From a virus (taxonomy: Duplodnaviria; Caudoviricetes), in the IMG/VR virus record IMGVR_UViG_3300024259_000042, positions 1 to 55,789 of that record: a stretch of DNA of 55,789 nucleotides; one strand, given 5' to 3'. Positions 1-8,959 of the stretch are shown here, one piece after another. Made by a program: the position numbers and the translations under genes. The notes under the pieces were generated by a model, which was not told the origin of the DNA, made no database searches, and was given only the letters and a program-made list of their open reading frames with translations. Within the stretch, counting starts at the first letter, position 1, and every line of letters begins with the position of its first letter.

Positions 1-39
1 CTATTTGCTATATGCTCCCCGCTGCGTGACGATAAATCT

Positions 40-68
40 ATTATAACACATTTAAAGGAGAAGTAAAC
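40..68 (-). promoter_or_regulatory. T4-early-like/sigma70 promoter pointing out of the window
   Basis: Minus strand GTTTAC-N17-TATAAT with TGn extended -10; same design as the promoters at 14928, 18004 and 23409. Confidence 0.5.
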
Positions 69-84
69 AATATAAAAAATAAAT

Positions 85-675
85 ATGGCAGATTTTAAAA
101 TAGCATATAATATTACATTAGGACATGAAGGTGGTTACTCCCATGATCCAGTTGATGCAGGTGGAGAAACTTATAAAGGTGTTACCAGAAGATTTGAAAA
201 GAATTGGACTGGATGGATTATAATTGATGGTTATAGAAATGATCCTAATTTCCCTAAATGTCTTGACTCCGATGAAGAATTACAAGAAAAGGTAAAAGAA
301 GTTTATAAAAAGAATTATTGGGATGCGTTCTGGGGTGATAGAATATTTAATCAGTTTATAACAAATGAAATGTTTGATACTGGTGTGAATATGGGTACTG
401 GTAGAGCAATAAAATTTCTTCAAAAATCTTTAAACCTACTAAACAGAAATCAAAAAAATTATAAAGATATTGGTGAAGATGGTGTTATAGGTATGAAAAC
501 ATTGAATATATTAAACTTTTTCTTAACATATCATACAAGGGATATACCTTACTTATTAAAGATGATGAATTTATTTCAAGGAATGCATTATATTAATTAT
601 ATGAATAAAAGCAGTAGACAGGAAAGATTTGCCCGTGGATGGTTAAATAGGGTTAGTATAGATGCTAGATTATAG
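85..675 (+). CDS. Glycoside hydrolase family 108 endolysin with C-terminal peptidoglycan-binding region
   Basis: HEGGYSHDPVDAGGETYKGVT catalytic motif, FDTGVNMG, C-terminal FARGWLNR. Confidence 0.9.
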   Translation: MADFKIAYNITLGHEGGYSHDPVDAGGETYKGVTRRFEKNWTGWIIIDGYRNDPNFPKCLDSDEELQEKVKEVYKKNYWDAFWGDRIFNQFITNEMFDTGVNMGTGRAIKFLQKSLNLLNRNQKNYKDIGEDGVIGMKTLNILNFFLTYHTRDIPYLLKMMNLFQGMHYINYMNKSSRQERFARGWLNRVSIDARL

Positions 676-952
676 AAAACTTCATGAAGATTCTGATAAA
701 AGACAGGGTAATGAAACACATGAAATAAATATAAATATAACAAGAGCATATGAATTTTTAAAGAAAACTTTTAAGAAAAAACCTAAGAAAGATTATGAAT
801 GGATATATGAATGTCAGTTACATCCATTATATAGAGATACTGATAAGTTTTGTATTCCTGATTTAGGGTTCAGATCAGAGCCTTATTGTAAGCATGGATA
901 TAGATTGATAAGGGTAGATAAAAACAGTGAAAAACAAGGAGGTGAATGGTAA
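662..952 (+). CDS. Hypothetical protein
   Basis: Coupled ORF between the endolysin and the next gene. Confidence 0.5.
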   Translation: MLDYRKLHEDSDKRQGNETHEININITRAYEFLKKTFKKKPKKDYEWIYECQLHPLYRDTDKFCIPDLGFRSEPYCKHGYRLIRVDKNSEKQGGEW

Positions 953-1179
953 TGGAATTTAAAGGATTGGTGCTAGATACTTTTGTAATGCCTTTTGTTA
1001 TTAATTTTATGAGTGAATTATTGACAAAAGAAAATTTTGCCCTTTATGGGGATAAATTATTTGACTTCATTGAGGAAATGGTGAAGAATAGTGAAACTAA
1101 ATGGGACGATAAAACAGTATTGCCTTTACTTGAAATGATAAGGGTGGCTACTGAAGTTCCTGATTTACCAGATAAATAA
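946..1179 (+). CDS. Small protein, possibly lysis-associated
   Basis: GGAGG SD; amphipathic, SETKWDD motif; lies between endolysin and hairpin. Confidence 0.5.
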   Translation: MVMEFKGLVLDTFVMPFVINFMSELLTKENFALYGDKLFDFIEEMVKNSETKWDDKTVLPLLEMIRVATEVPDLPDK

Positions 1180-1189
1180 TTAAGAGAAG

Positions 1190-1220
1190 ATTATACCAGG
1201 ATATCCTGGTATAATTTTTT
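1190..1220 (+). terminator. Perfect 26-bp palindrome followed by T-run (intrinsic terminator or operator)
   Basis: ATTATACCAGGATATCCTGGTATAAT then TTTTT, directly after the lysis genes. Confidence 0.6.
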
Positions 1221-1273
1221 AAGGATGAATCCTATTATTCATTTTTAAAGAATTATATCAAGGGAGAAATATA

Positions 1274-1651
1274 ATGAGATTGCAAAGATTTTTAAATGAA
1301 GAGGATATGATTAAAAAGGCATTAGCTATTGATGAACCTGAAGTTAATAACGAATATACAGAAGAGGAGATTGCAGCTAATAAGGAAATACTTCAAATTG
1401 CTATAGGTAAACAAACAGAAATTTTAAGTAAATTAAGAAAAGGTAGTAATAATGATGATCAATTAGATGCTGCTCGTGCTATAATGGCAGATTTAAAAGA
1501 TAAAGAAGAGAAATGGGATAATCCTGAAAAGGAAACAAAATCCCAAGGACCAAATCCTCCAGAAGCTATGGGTGGAGGAATGGAAGAGGAACCTGCAGAG
1601 GAACCACCCAAAGAAGAGGAAGAAGAGGAACCTGAAGAAGAAGAAAAATAA
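1274..1651 (+). CDS. Acidic protein with capsid-targeting-like N-terminal tag
   Basis: Starts MRLQRFLNE; Glu/Pro-rich tail. Confidence 0.7.
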   Translation: MRLQRFLNEEDMIKKALAIDEPEVNNEYTEEEIAANKEILQIAIGKQTEILSKLRKGSNNDDQLDAARAIMADLKDKEEKWDNPEKETKSQGPNPPEAMGGGMEEEPAEEPPKEEEEEEPEEEEK

Positions 1652-1669
1652 ATTTAAAGGAGAAGAATT

Positions 1670-1876
1670 ATGGACAGAATTGATGAATTACTCGAAAAGT
1701 ATTTAGATGAGAAGATTGGTGGACCAAAGAAGAAAAGAAAAAAAATGAAAGGTAAAGCCTTAAAGAAATCCAGACTTTATGCTAAGAAAAACAAGAAGGC
1801 TATTGCTAAGAAAGCAGCAAAGTATCGTAAGAAAAATAAGAATAAGTTAGCCGCAGCCGCAAAGAAGAGAAAATAA
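1670..1876 (+). CDS. Small Lys/Ala-rich basic protein, likely DNA-binding internal protein
   Basis: AGGAG SD; MDRIDELLEKYLDE tag variant followed by a very basic helix. Confidence 0.65.
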   Translation: MDRIDELLEKYLDEKIGGPKKKRKKMKGKALKKSRLYAKKNKKAIAKKAAKYRKKNKNKLAAAAKKRK

Positions 1877-1995
1877 TGAGATTAACAGAACATGTGCATA
1901 TATGCTGGTTTGGTGACAGTAGATGGGATAAAACCCTATACAAATGTGAAGTATTTTATAGATTAGGACACATAGGTATTATAAGGAAATTATGA
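1876..1995 (+). CDS. Possible 39-aa peptide (MRLTEHVHIC...)
   Basis: TAATG and ATGA overlaps with both neighbours; below the ORF-track cutoff. Confidence 0.3.
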   Translation: MRLTEHVHICWFGDSRWDKTLYKCEVFYRLGHIGIIRKL

Positions 1996-2426
1996 GACTT
2001 CAAAAGTATATAAATGAAGAATATTATACTAGATTTAGAGGCTTTAATGGTAAGTCTTTTGAAATCTTTAAGAATCCTTCAGCTAAAGAATTAAAAAGTA
2101 TTTCAAGAAATGAAGTTGGAAATAAATATGATTTAAGATTTATTGCTGATAATACTACTAAAGATACATATATGTGGTTATGGGACGCTATTAACCATGA
2201 TAATATGATTAAAAAGCATTTAAGTAAAGAATTTAAAGGTAAAAAATATGAGGATCCTTCATTATTTTTAGGTACTTCAGATGATAAAGGTAATGATACT
2301 TTAGAATGGTTTATGCATAATGAACTTGATTTAGAATATATTGATGGAATTACCAGTATAAGTTGGAATTGGGCTAAACCCTTTCAAATAATGAAATATT
2401 TAAAAAAGTTGAATATAATAAAATGA
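1992..2426 (+). CDS. Tagged protein, 'NPS-RFIAD-W' paralogue family
   Basis: MRLQKYINE; EIFKNPS...RFIAD...YMWLWDAINH. Confidence 0.7.
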   Translation: MRLQKYINEEYYTRFRGFNGKSFEIFKNPSAKELKSISRNEVGNKYDLRFIADNTTKDTYMWLWDAINHDNMIKKHLSKEFKGKKYEDPSLFLGTSDDKGNDTLEWFMHNELDLEYIDGITSISWNWAKPFQIMKYLKKLNIIK

Positions 2427-3934
2427 GATTAAAACGATATATTAATGAGTATGATATACCATTATTATTAGAAAAAATTAATAAAAAAGAAATTACATCT
2501 ATGCTTAATAGTAATGATGTTCTTATTGGTGCGGAATTTGAGTTTATTGTTGATGATGCTGGTATTTCCGATGAATTACAAAGAATGTATGATAATGCTG
2601 TAAATGATCTTGAAAATTATAATGATAATGTTGAGAATTATCGTGAGGAATATGAAGAAATTAATGATAAAAGAGATAAACTTGAAGATGATGTTACTAA
2701 ACTTGAAGATGAAATAGATAGATTATCAACACTTGATTATGATGAAGATGAAGAATTATTAGACAATCTTGAAACAGAAAAGGAAGAAAAAGAAACTGAA
2801 TTAAAAGAAACTGAAACTGAATTAGAAGAATTATATCCACCTTCAATAGGAAGTGATTATGAAGATTATATGCATCAGATTGGATGGGATTCATATGTTG
2901 ATCCTGGACAAGAAGTTGATGAACCACCACATCCAGAAGATGCAAATGATACTAGTGAAATGGAGCCAGAACAAATAGAACAATGGATTGATAATGTTAA
3001 CCCAAGACCACCATTTACAGATTGGGAAGTAGGTGAATATGGTTATTCATCTCCAAGACCAGGTGATACTACATGGGGAGTTGAACCTGATTCATCATTA
3101 AATACAGGTGGTATTGAAATAAAATCTCCTCCATTACCTTTAAAAGAGTTTAAAAATATATGTAAACAAATGTTTGATTGGATTAAAGTGGTGGGTACTA
3201 CTGATAGTTCTTGTGGTTTTCATATTCATATGTCATTAAAGAATGTAAAGGATTTGAAATCCGAACTTGATTTGATGAAGCTTGTTCTTTTTACTGATGA
3301 ACAATATATTTTTCAACATTTTAAAGAAAGAAAAAATAATACATATACACAATCTATGAAAGAAAAGATAAAAGGGGGTACCCTTGAACTTAGTGATTGG
3401 TCCGCATTTATAGATACTAAAAAATTAAAAAGAATAGCAACCTCCGATCATTATAGTGGTATTAGTTTAGATGGTTTAAGTGATAATAAACAACATATAG
3501 AGTATAGATATCTAGGTGGTACTGATTATCATAGAAAATGGAATAAAGTTCAAGTTATTATTGCACAATATGCTTATAATCTTAATCTCGCCTGTAATAC
3601 ATCGTTTAAACATAAAGAATATATTTTAAAAACTCAAAGATTATTTAGAAAGGTTGAGAGTAATATAATGAGTGAGATATATAGAGTTATAGACAATATG
3701 ATTATATTGAATGATAAATTGATAGAAGATAATAAAGGTAGTGAAAAAGCTGGTAAATGGTTGAGAAAATTAAGAAAGACTGTAAATATTAGTGTTATAA
3801 ATAAAAAATGGACAAATTGGTCTAATTTTGTTTTACATGATATTATGGGTAAATGGTTGAAAATAATGGGATGGAAAGATTTTGGTATGGAAATAGATGA
3901 TTATAGTTTAATGAATGATAGATGGACTAAATAA
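2423..3934 (+). CDS. Putative amidoligase (COOH-NH2 ligase type 2) with acidic coiled-coil insert; tagged
   Basis: GAEFEF, VEPDSSL, GIEIKSP, SCGFHIHMS, IEYR motifs; starts MRLKRYINE. Confidence 0.75.
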   Translation: MRLKRYINEYDIPLLLEKINKKEITSMLNSNDVLIGAEFEFIVDDAGISDELQRMYDNAVNDLENYNDNVENYREEYEEINDKRDKLEDDVTKLEDEIDRLSTLDYDEDEELLDNLETEKEEKETELKETETELEELYPPSIGSDYEDYMHQIGWDSYVDPGQEVDEPPHPEDANDTSEMEPEQIEQWIDNVNPRPPFTDWEVGEYGYSSPRPGDTTWGVEPDSSLNTGGIEIKSPPLPLKEFKNICKQMFDWIKVVGTTDSSCGFHIHMSLKNVKDLKSELDLMKLVLFTDEQYIFQHFKERKNNTYTQSMKEKIKGGTLELSDWSAFIDTKKLKRIATSDHYSGISLDGLSDNKQHIEYRYLGGTDYHRKWNKVQVIIAQYAYNLNLACNTSFKHKEYILKTQRLFRKVESNIMSEIYRVIDNMIILNDKLIEDNKGSEKAGKWLRKLRKTVNISVINKKWTNWSNFVLHDIMGKWLKIMGWKDFGMEIDDYSLMNDRWTK

Positions 3935-4233
3935 TGAGATGTTTTCAAACAACATATGATATGGATGATTTTGTTTATCTTAAAGGTGACGGTGAGCCAA
4001 AGATAAGAAGGAGTAGAATTAAAGGTATAAAAATAATTATAGGAAAACCTTATAAAACATTTGATGAAGAATTTGGTATGATTATTCACCATTCTGGAGT
4101 AGAAGTATATTATTTTGTAAATGTTAGAAGTGATGAGAATCATGTATATAGAGATTGGCGTAAAGAAGAGGAGTTATATAAAAGGAAAGAGGATATAAGT
4201 AAAGATAATGAGATTCCACAATTACATAAATGA
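3934..4233 (+). CDS. Hypothetical protein
   Basis: TAATG-coupled ORF. Confidence 0.55.
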   Translation: MRCFQTTYDMDDFVYLKGDGEPKIRRSRIKGIKIIIGKPYKTFDEEFGMIIHHSGVEVYYFVNVRSDENHVYRDWRKEEELYKRKEDISKDNEIPQLHK

Positions 4234-5629
4234 ACAAGCATTGAAGGGTTGGAAAGACTATGTTAAATCCAATAAAATGCTTAAAGCCTCTATAAAAATC
4301 CTTGATAAGATTGAAAAGAAAGGATATAAAGCATGGGTGGTTGGAGGAAGTGTTAGGGATATTATCATAGGTAAAGAGCCTCATGATGTTGATATTGCCA
4401 CCACCTGTCCAATGGATGTCCTAGATAAAATATGGAAGACCTATGATATAGGTTCCTCTAAAGATTTTGGTATTGTTACTGTCAAAGAAAGTGGATATGA
4501 TTTTGAGATTGCACAACTTAGAGGGGAATCCAAGTATGATGGTCGTAAACCTGAATCAGTTAAGTTTAATGTTCAGTTGAAGGATGATTTAGGTAGAAGA
4601 GACTTGACAGTGAATGCTATGGCTATTGATAAGAATGGTAACATTATTGATAAGTTCAATGGTCAAAAAGCAATGAAAGATAAAGTATTGAAAACAGTAG
4701 GTAATCCATATGACAGGTTCTCGGAAGATTTTTTACGGATCATGCGTGTTGCACGATTTGCTGCTAAGCTTGGTTTTGACATTGATAAAGATACTAAGAA
4801 GGCTGCAACAAAGTTATCAGGCAATATCACTAAACTTTCACCAGAACGAATTAAAGAAGAAATACTGAAATCCGCTGGTCAGTCAGGAGATAAGTTCGCT
4901 AAGTATATCCTTTTACTTGATCAATTGAAGATACTTAAACATATATTACCTGAATTAAAACAGTTACAATATAGTAAAGAGAATCCAACGCATCATCCTG
5001 AAACTGTTGGGAAAGGTGGCTCTCCATTTGCTCATACTATTGAAGCATTGAAAGCAAGTAAGACAAAGGATCCATTGAAGAACTTGGCTATACTGTTACA
5101 TGATGTTGGTAAGGGTACATCGTTTAGTGATTCTACACCTGGTAAATCTTTTACATATTATGGACATGATAAGGATGCTATCAAACTTATTGAAACCATT
5201 GCTAAGAGACTAAAGATGTCTAATAGTGAAAAGGAAGCATTGTTATATACTGCTACACAACATATGAAACTAAACATATTGAAAGACATGAAACCATCTA
5301 AAATCTTTAAAATAGTCAATAATGATAATTGGGATATTCTTGTGGTAGTAGCCAAAGCGGATGAAATGAGTAGGGGTGAGACTTTTAAAACAGAAAAAGA
5401 ATTTGATGAGATGATTAAATATGCTGAAGATATAAAAAACAAATGGAGTTCTAAAAAAGTAAAAGAAATATTTTCAAAACAGGTTAATGGTAAACATATA
5501 ATGGAGTTATTAAATATAGGACCATCCAAAAAGGTTGGTAAAGTAAAGAAGAAAACGATTGAATGGATAATAAATACAGGTGAAACAAACCAAAAAAATA
5601 TAGATTCTTATATAATGGAATTTAAATAG
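4208..5629 (+). CDS. cca: Class II tRNA nucleotidyltransferase (CCA-adding/poly(A) polymerase family) with HD domain; tagged
   Basis: VGGSVRD-DVDIAT, RRDLTVNAMA, EDFLRIMRVARF, LLHDVGK; starts MRFHNYINE. Confidence 0.9.
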   Translation: MRFHNYINEQALKGWKDYVKSNKMLKASIKILDKIEKKGYKAWVVGGSVRDIIIGKEPHDVDIATTCPMDVLDKIWKTYDIGSSKDFGIVTVKESGYDFEIAQLRGESKYDGRKPESVKFNVQLKDDLGRRDLTVNAMAIDKNGNIIDKFNGQKAMKDKVLKTVGNPYDRFSEDFLRIMRVARFAAKLGFDIDKDTKKAATKLSGNITKLSPERIKEEILKSAGQSGDKFAKYILLLDQLKILKHILPELKQLQYSKENPTHHPETVGKGGSPFAHTIEALKASKTKDPLKNLAILLHDVGKGTSFSDSTPGKSFTYYGHDKDAIKLIETIAKRLKMSNSEKEALLYTATQHMKLNILKDMKPSKIFKIVNNDNWDILVVVAKADEMSRGETFKTEKEFDEMIKYAEDIKNKWSSKKVKEIFSKQVNGKHIMELLNIGPSKKVGKVKKKTIEWIINTGETNQKNIDSYIMEFK

Positions 5630-5718
5630 GAGGACAGGGCTTGATCACCTTGGTTGGATGCCTTCAACATCTGACCTTACTCCTAACAAAATAAAAACCT
5701 TTGAAGGAGGTAGTTATG
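5623..5718 (+). promoter_or_regulatory. Structured RNA leader, copy 1 (three-way junction plus RBS pseudoknot)
   Basis: Homologous to 44065-44156 with compensatory changes; loop CCTTCAA (5661-5667) complements TTGAAGG (5701-5707) at the SD. Confidence 0.7.
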
Positions 5719-6639
5719 AAGATATGTTGGGATAATTTAGAAAATTTGAAACTAACTAGAAATGGTTACTTTAGAGATATTGTAAAACGAACTATATTTA
5801 GATATGTTGATGAATGTAAGACATGTAAAGAACCATTCTTAACGAGAACTAACACTAAAGGTATATACTGTTGTAACTGTTGTAAAAGGCTTACAGAAGA
5901 ATCTAAAAGGAAAGTAGGCGATTCACATAAAGGTAAAAGGTTATCAGAAGAACATAAGAAAAAAATAAGTGATGGCAATAAAGGAAGAAAATCATCAAAA
6001 TCAACAAGAGAGAAAATTAGAAAGTCAAAAATTGGTGAGAATAATCCTATGTATGGTAGGTATGGAAGAAAATCTGGTAATTGGAAAGGTGGATATACAT
6101 CTAAAAACATACCTACTTATGATACATATGCAACTCAATTAAAATGGACAGAGGAAGTTAGAAGAAATGAAAAGGACCCTAATATATTAGAAGTGAAATG
6201 CTTTAAATGTACTGAATGGTTTATACCAAAAGCATATGATGTATATAACAGAATACAATATTTAAAAGGTAATGATTTGTATTATGAAAATAGGTTTTAT
6301 TGTTCTAATGGGTGTAAACATACTTGTTCTGTATTTCGTAAATCTTATAATACTATAATGAAAGAAGATTCAATTAGAGCTGGCAGACTTACATGGTTAG
6401 AACTCAAACGGGAGATTCAACCCGAATTGAGACAAATGGTATTAGATCGTGATGAATATCAATGTGTTAAGTGTAGTTCAGATGAAAATCTTCAATGTCA
6501 TCATATCATGCCGGTTGTAGTAGAACCTCTACTAAGTGCGGATGTTGATAACTGTATAACATTATGCAAAGATTGTCATAAAGAAGCTCATAAACAAGAT
6601 GGATGTAGATATGGTCAGTTAAGAATAGAGGAGTGTTGA
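5716..6639 (+). CDS. HNH homing endonuclease with NUMOD3-like repeats and Zn-binding Cys motifs
   Basis: LSEEHKKKIS/GENNPMYG; RDEYQCVKC...CHHI...NCITLCKDCHKEAH; ATG at 5716 follows GGAGG. Confidence 0.85.
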   Translation: MKICWDNLENLKLTRNGYFRDIVKRTIFRYVDECKTCKEPFLTRTNTKGIYCCNCCKRLTEESKRKVGDSHKGKRLSEEHKKKISDGNKGRKSSKSTREKIRKSKIGENNPMYGRYGRKSGNWKGGYTSKNIPTYDTYATQLKWTEEVRRNEKDPNILEVKCFKCTEWFIPKAYDVYNRIQYLKGNDLYYENRFYCSNGCKHTCSVFRKSYNTIMKEDSIRAGRLTWLELKREIQPELRQMVLDRDEYQCVKCSSDENLQCHHIMPVVVEPLLSADVDNCITLCKDCHKEAHKQDGCRYGQLRIEEC

Positions 6640-6640
6640 T

Positions 6641-6850
6641 ATGTCTAATTTAAAAAAATATTTAAATGAAAGAAAAGAAACTTTAGAATCTGTTGCAGAA
6701 TATGTAAATTCAGAAGGATTAGGATATGCTATACAAAGTGGTTTAAATTGGAAAGATATGGAAGATAAAAAATTAGCAAAATATTGGAAAATCGCAGAAA
6801 ATGCTATGAATGAAATAACAAATATTTTAGGAGATTCTTTAGAATATTAA
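6641..6850 (+). CDS. Small tagged protein
   Basis: Starts MSNLKKYLNE. Confidence 0.6.
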   Translation: MSNLKKYLNERKETLESVAEYVNSEGLGYAIQSGLNWKDMEDKKLAKYWKIAENAMNEITNILGDSLEY

Positions 6851-6864
6851 AGGAGTATAAAGTT

Positions 6865-7122
6865 ATGTTATGGATAACACTAATAATTCAATTGATACCA
6901 GTTATAATGAAACTTATAGAGATTGCTGAGAAACTTTGGGTGGATGATGAAGGTGCTGGATCATCAAAGAAGAATATGGTAATGGTAGCTTCAAAGGAAA
7001 TGGTAATAGCTAAAAGTGATGAAGAAACCTGGGATAAAATAGAGGGAGCGGTTGGTGATATAGTTGATGCTTCCTGTAGAGTTGTAGTTCCTAATAAAGG
7101 TGAGGAAGTATATGCGGCTTAA
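6865..7122 (+). CDS. Small protein with hydrophobic N-terminus
   Basis: AGGAG SD; hydrophobic first 20 aa. Confidence 0.55.
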   Translation: MLWITLIIQLIPVIMKLIEIAEKLWVDDEGAGSSKKNMVMVASKEMVIAKSDEETWDKIEGAVGDIVDASCRVVVPNKGEEVYAA

Positions 7123-7543
7123 ACAATACATAGTAAATGAACTCTTTGATACAGATGTTCTCATTAATACATCTATGAAAAGATATGATAAGCATTTATA
7201 TCGTTTTGGTATTGATGGTTTGCAATATAGATTTGATGCTATTTTTGATGAAGATGAAGGATGGCAAATATTTTTTGGTATAGAAAAAGGTAAAAAAATG
7301 GATGTTAGTATAACTAATACAGGCAATCAAAATAAAGTATTTGCTGCCGTTTTAAAATGTCTTAAAATATTCTTAAATAAAGTAAAACCAGATAGAATAT
7401 TCTTTACAGCAAAAGAACCTAGTAGACAAAAATTATATGATAGGATGTCTAAATTATTAACTAAAATGTTTCCATATAAAATAGATAGACAGGATATACA
7501 TAGATTTGATAAAAGTAAGTTTTATGGTTTTACGAGGTCATAA
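7112..7543 (+). CDS. Tagged protein, 'ELFDT' paralogue family
   Basis: MRLKQYIVNELFDT; ITNTGN..VFAAV; FTAKEPSRQKLY. Confidence 0.75.
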   Translation: MRLKQYIVNELFDTDVLINTSMKRYDKHLYRFGIDGLQYRFDAIFDEDEGWQIFFGIEKGKKMDVSITNTGNQNKVFAAVLKCLKIFLNKVKPDRIFFTAKEPSRQKLYDRMSKLLTKMFPYKIDRQDIHRFDKSKFYGFTRS

Positions 7544-7989
7544 TGAGACTTAAACAATACATAACAGAACTTTATATGAAGGATAGAGGTAAGAAATCTA
7601 TTGAGATACTTGAAAATCCCTCTAAAAAAGAAGTGAGTGATGTCATTAGAAATAGTAAAGGTGATAGTGTTAAATTCATTGCCTATAAGAAGGATATATA
7701 TTTATGGGATGCTTATTCTTCTATATTACATGATGATGTTTGGGTAAAACAAGGTAGAGACTTGGAGGATGATATAGCGGATACTATTATATTTCCAGGT
7801 TATGCTATTTGGAAGGGTGGTAAACTTGTAATGAATCAGGTTTCAGTATATTTAGAGGATCATTTATTAGATTGGGATAACGAAAAGGTATATACTGATA
7901 GATTGGATGCTTTTGAAAAGAAATTCAAATGGCTTAACACTTTCATAGACACATCATTTTTAAGAAGATCCATTGAGAGAAATTTCTAA
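7543..7989 (+). CDS. Tagged protein, 'NPS-RFIAD-W' family
   Basis: MRLKQYITE; EILENPS...KFIA...YLWDA...LHDDVW. Confidence 0.7.
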   Translation: MRLKQYITELYMKDRGKKSIEILENPSKKEVSDVIRNSKGDSVKFIAYKKDIYLWDAYSSILHDDVWVKQGRDLEDDIADTIIFPGYAIWKGGKLVMNQVSVYLEDHLLDWDNEKVYTDRLDAFEKKFKWLNTFIDTSFLRRSIERNF

Positions 7990-8465
7990 TGAGACTACAA
8001 CAATACATGATAACTGAACTCTTTGATACTAAGGTGCCTATTAAACTTAAAGAAAGGGATAAAAATCCATTTGGCGAAACATACTACTATGAATTCCTTA
8101 TAGATGATTATAAATATACATTCATTGGTGAATTCTTTAAGTATCCTGATAAGGAAGAATATAAAGAATCTTCAGTATTAACAGTAGAATTTCACCAAGC
8201 AGGTTTTTATGAAATAACTGATGCTGGTGACGCATTTAAAGTATTTTCTGCTGTGAAATCTTGCCTAATGGATTTATTGAAGAAATTACCTGAAAAACCT
8301 GATTCAATTTCTTTTAGTGGTACTGATAGTGAACCAAGTAGAATTAAATTATATGATAGATTTGCAAAGGTAATTCCAAGAATACTAAAGGGATATAAAT
8401 TTATAGGCAAAGAACATGAATTAGATGGTAAAAGTTATAAATTTAGAAGTAAAAAGAGGAGGTAA
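7989..8465 (+). CDS. Tagged protein, 'ELFDT' family
   Basis: MRLQQYMITELFDT; ITDAGDAFKVFSAV; EPSRIKLY. Confidence 0.75.
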   Translation: MRLQQYMITELFDTKVPIKLKERDKNPFGETYYYEFLIDDYKYTFIGEFFKYPDKEEYKESSVLTVEFHQAGFYEITDAGDAFKVFSAVKSCLMDLLKKLPEKPDSISFSGTDSEPSRIKLYDRFAKVIPRILKGYKFIGKEHELDGKSYKFRSKKRR

Positions 8466-8470
8466 AGGTT

Positions 8471-8959
8471 ATGAAAATGTTATGGTTTTTAATTATTTCG
8501 TTGTTTCTGATGGTAGGTAATGTTAATGCAACTTACATAGATGATTTCAAAGGTAATGATAAAGACAATGTGGTTGACCAACTCCTTATAGATAATAATT
8601 GGACAAATATAACCCTTGGAAGTTTAGAATTACTTGGTAAATCAGATGAAGGTATTAATGTCGTTTTAAATGAGACAGATGGCACCTGGTCCTTAGATCC
8701 TTCAAATCAATTGAATATAAATGATATTGGATTCATATCAGTTAAAGCTGGTAATAATAGTTATGTATTCAGATCAAATGATTTCAATTATCTTTTTGGT
8801 ATTGACGGTTCCCCTGTGTTTACAAAGGATGTATCACATATAAGTTTTTGGAAAGGTGGAGGATATGAGGGTCCAGGTGGACAAGTACCTGAACCAATAA
8901 CATTATTCTTATTAGGATCAGGTTTACTATATATGAGTATTAGAAGGAAAATTAAATGA
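8471..8959 (+). CDS. Secreted PEP-CTERM sorting-domain protein
   Basis: Signal peptide ending VNA; C-terminal VPEP + hydrophobic helix + RRKIK. Confidence 0.85.
   Translation: MKMLWFLIISLFLMVGNVNATYIDDFKGNDKDNVVDQLLIDNNWTNITLGSLELLGKSDEGINVVLNETDGTWSLDPSNQLNINDIGFISVKAGNNSYVFRSNDFNYLFGIDGSPVFTKDVSHISFWKGGGYEGPGGQVPEPITLFLLGSGLLYMSIRRKIK

Noticed and set aside
5623-5718. Known ribozyme, tRNA or preQ1/SAM riboswitch
   Set aside because: No hammerhead core, cloverleaf or recognisable aptamer consensus by eye; a formal Rfam scan is still needed
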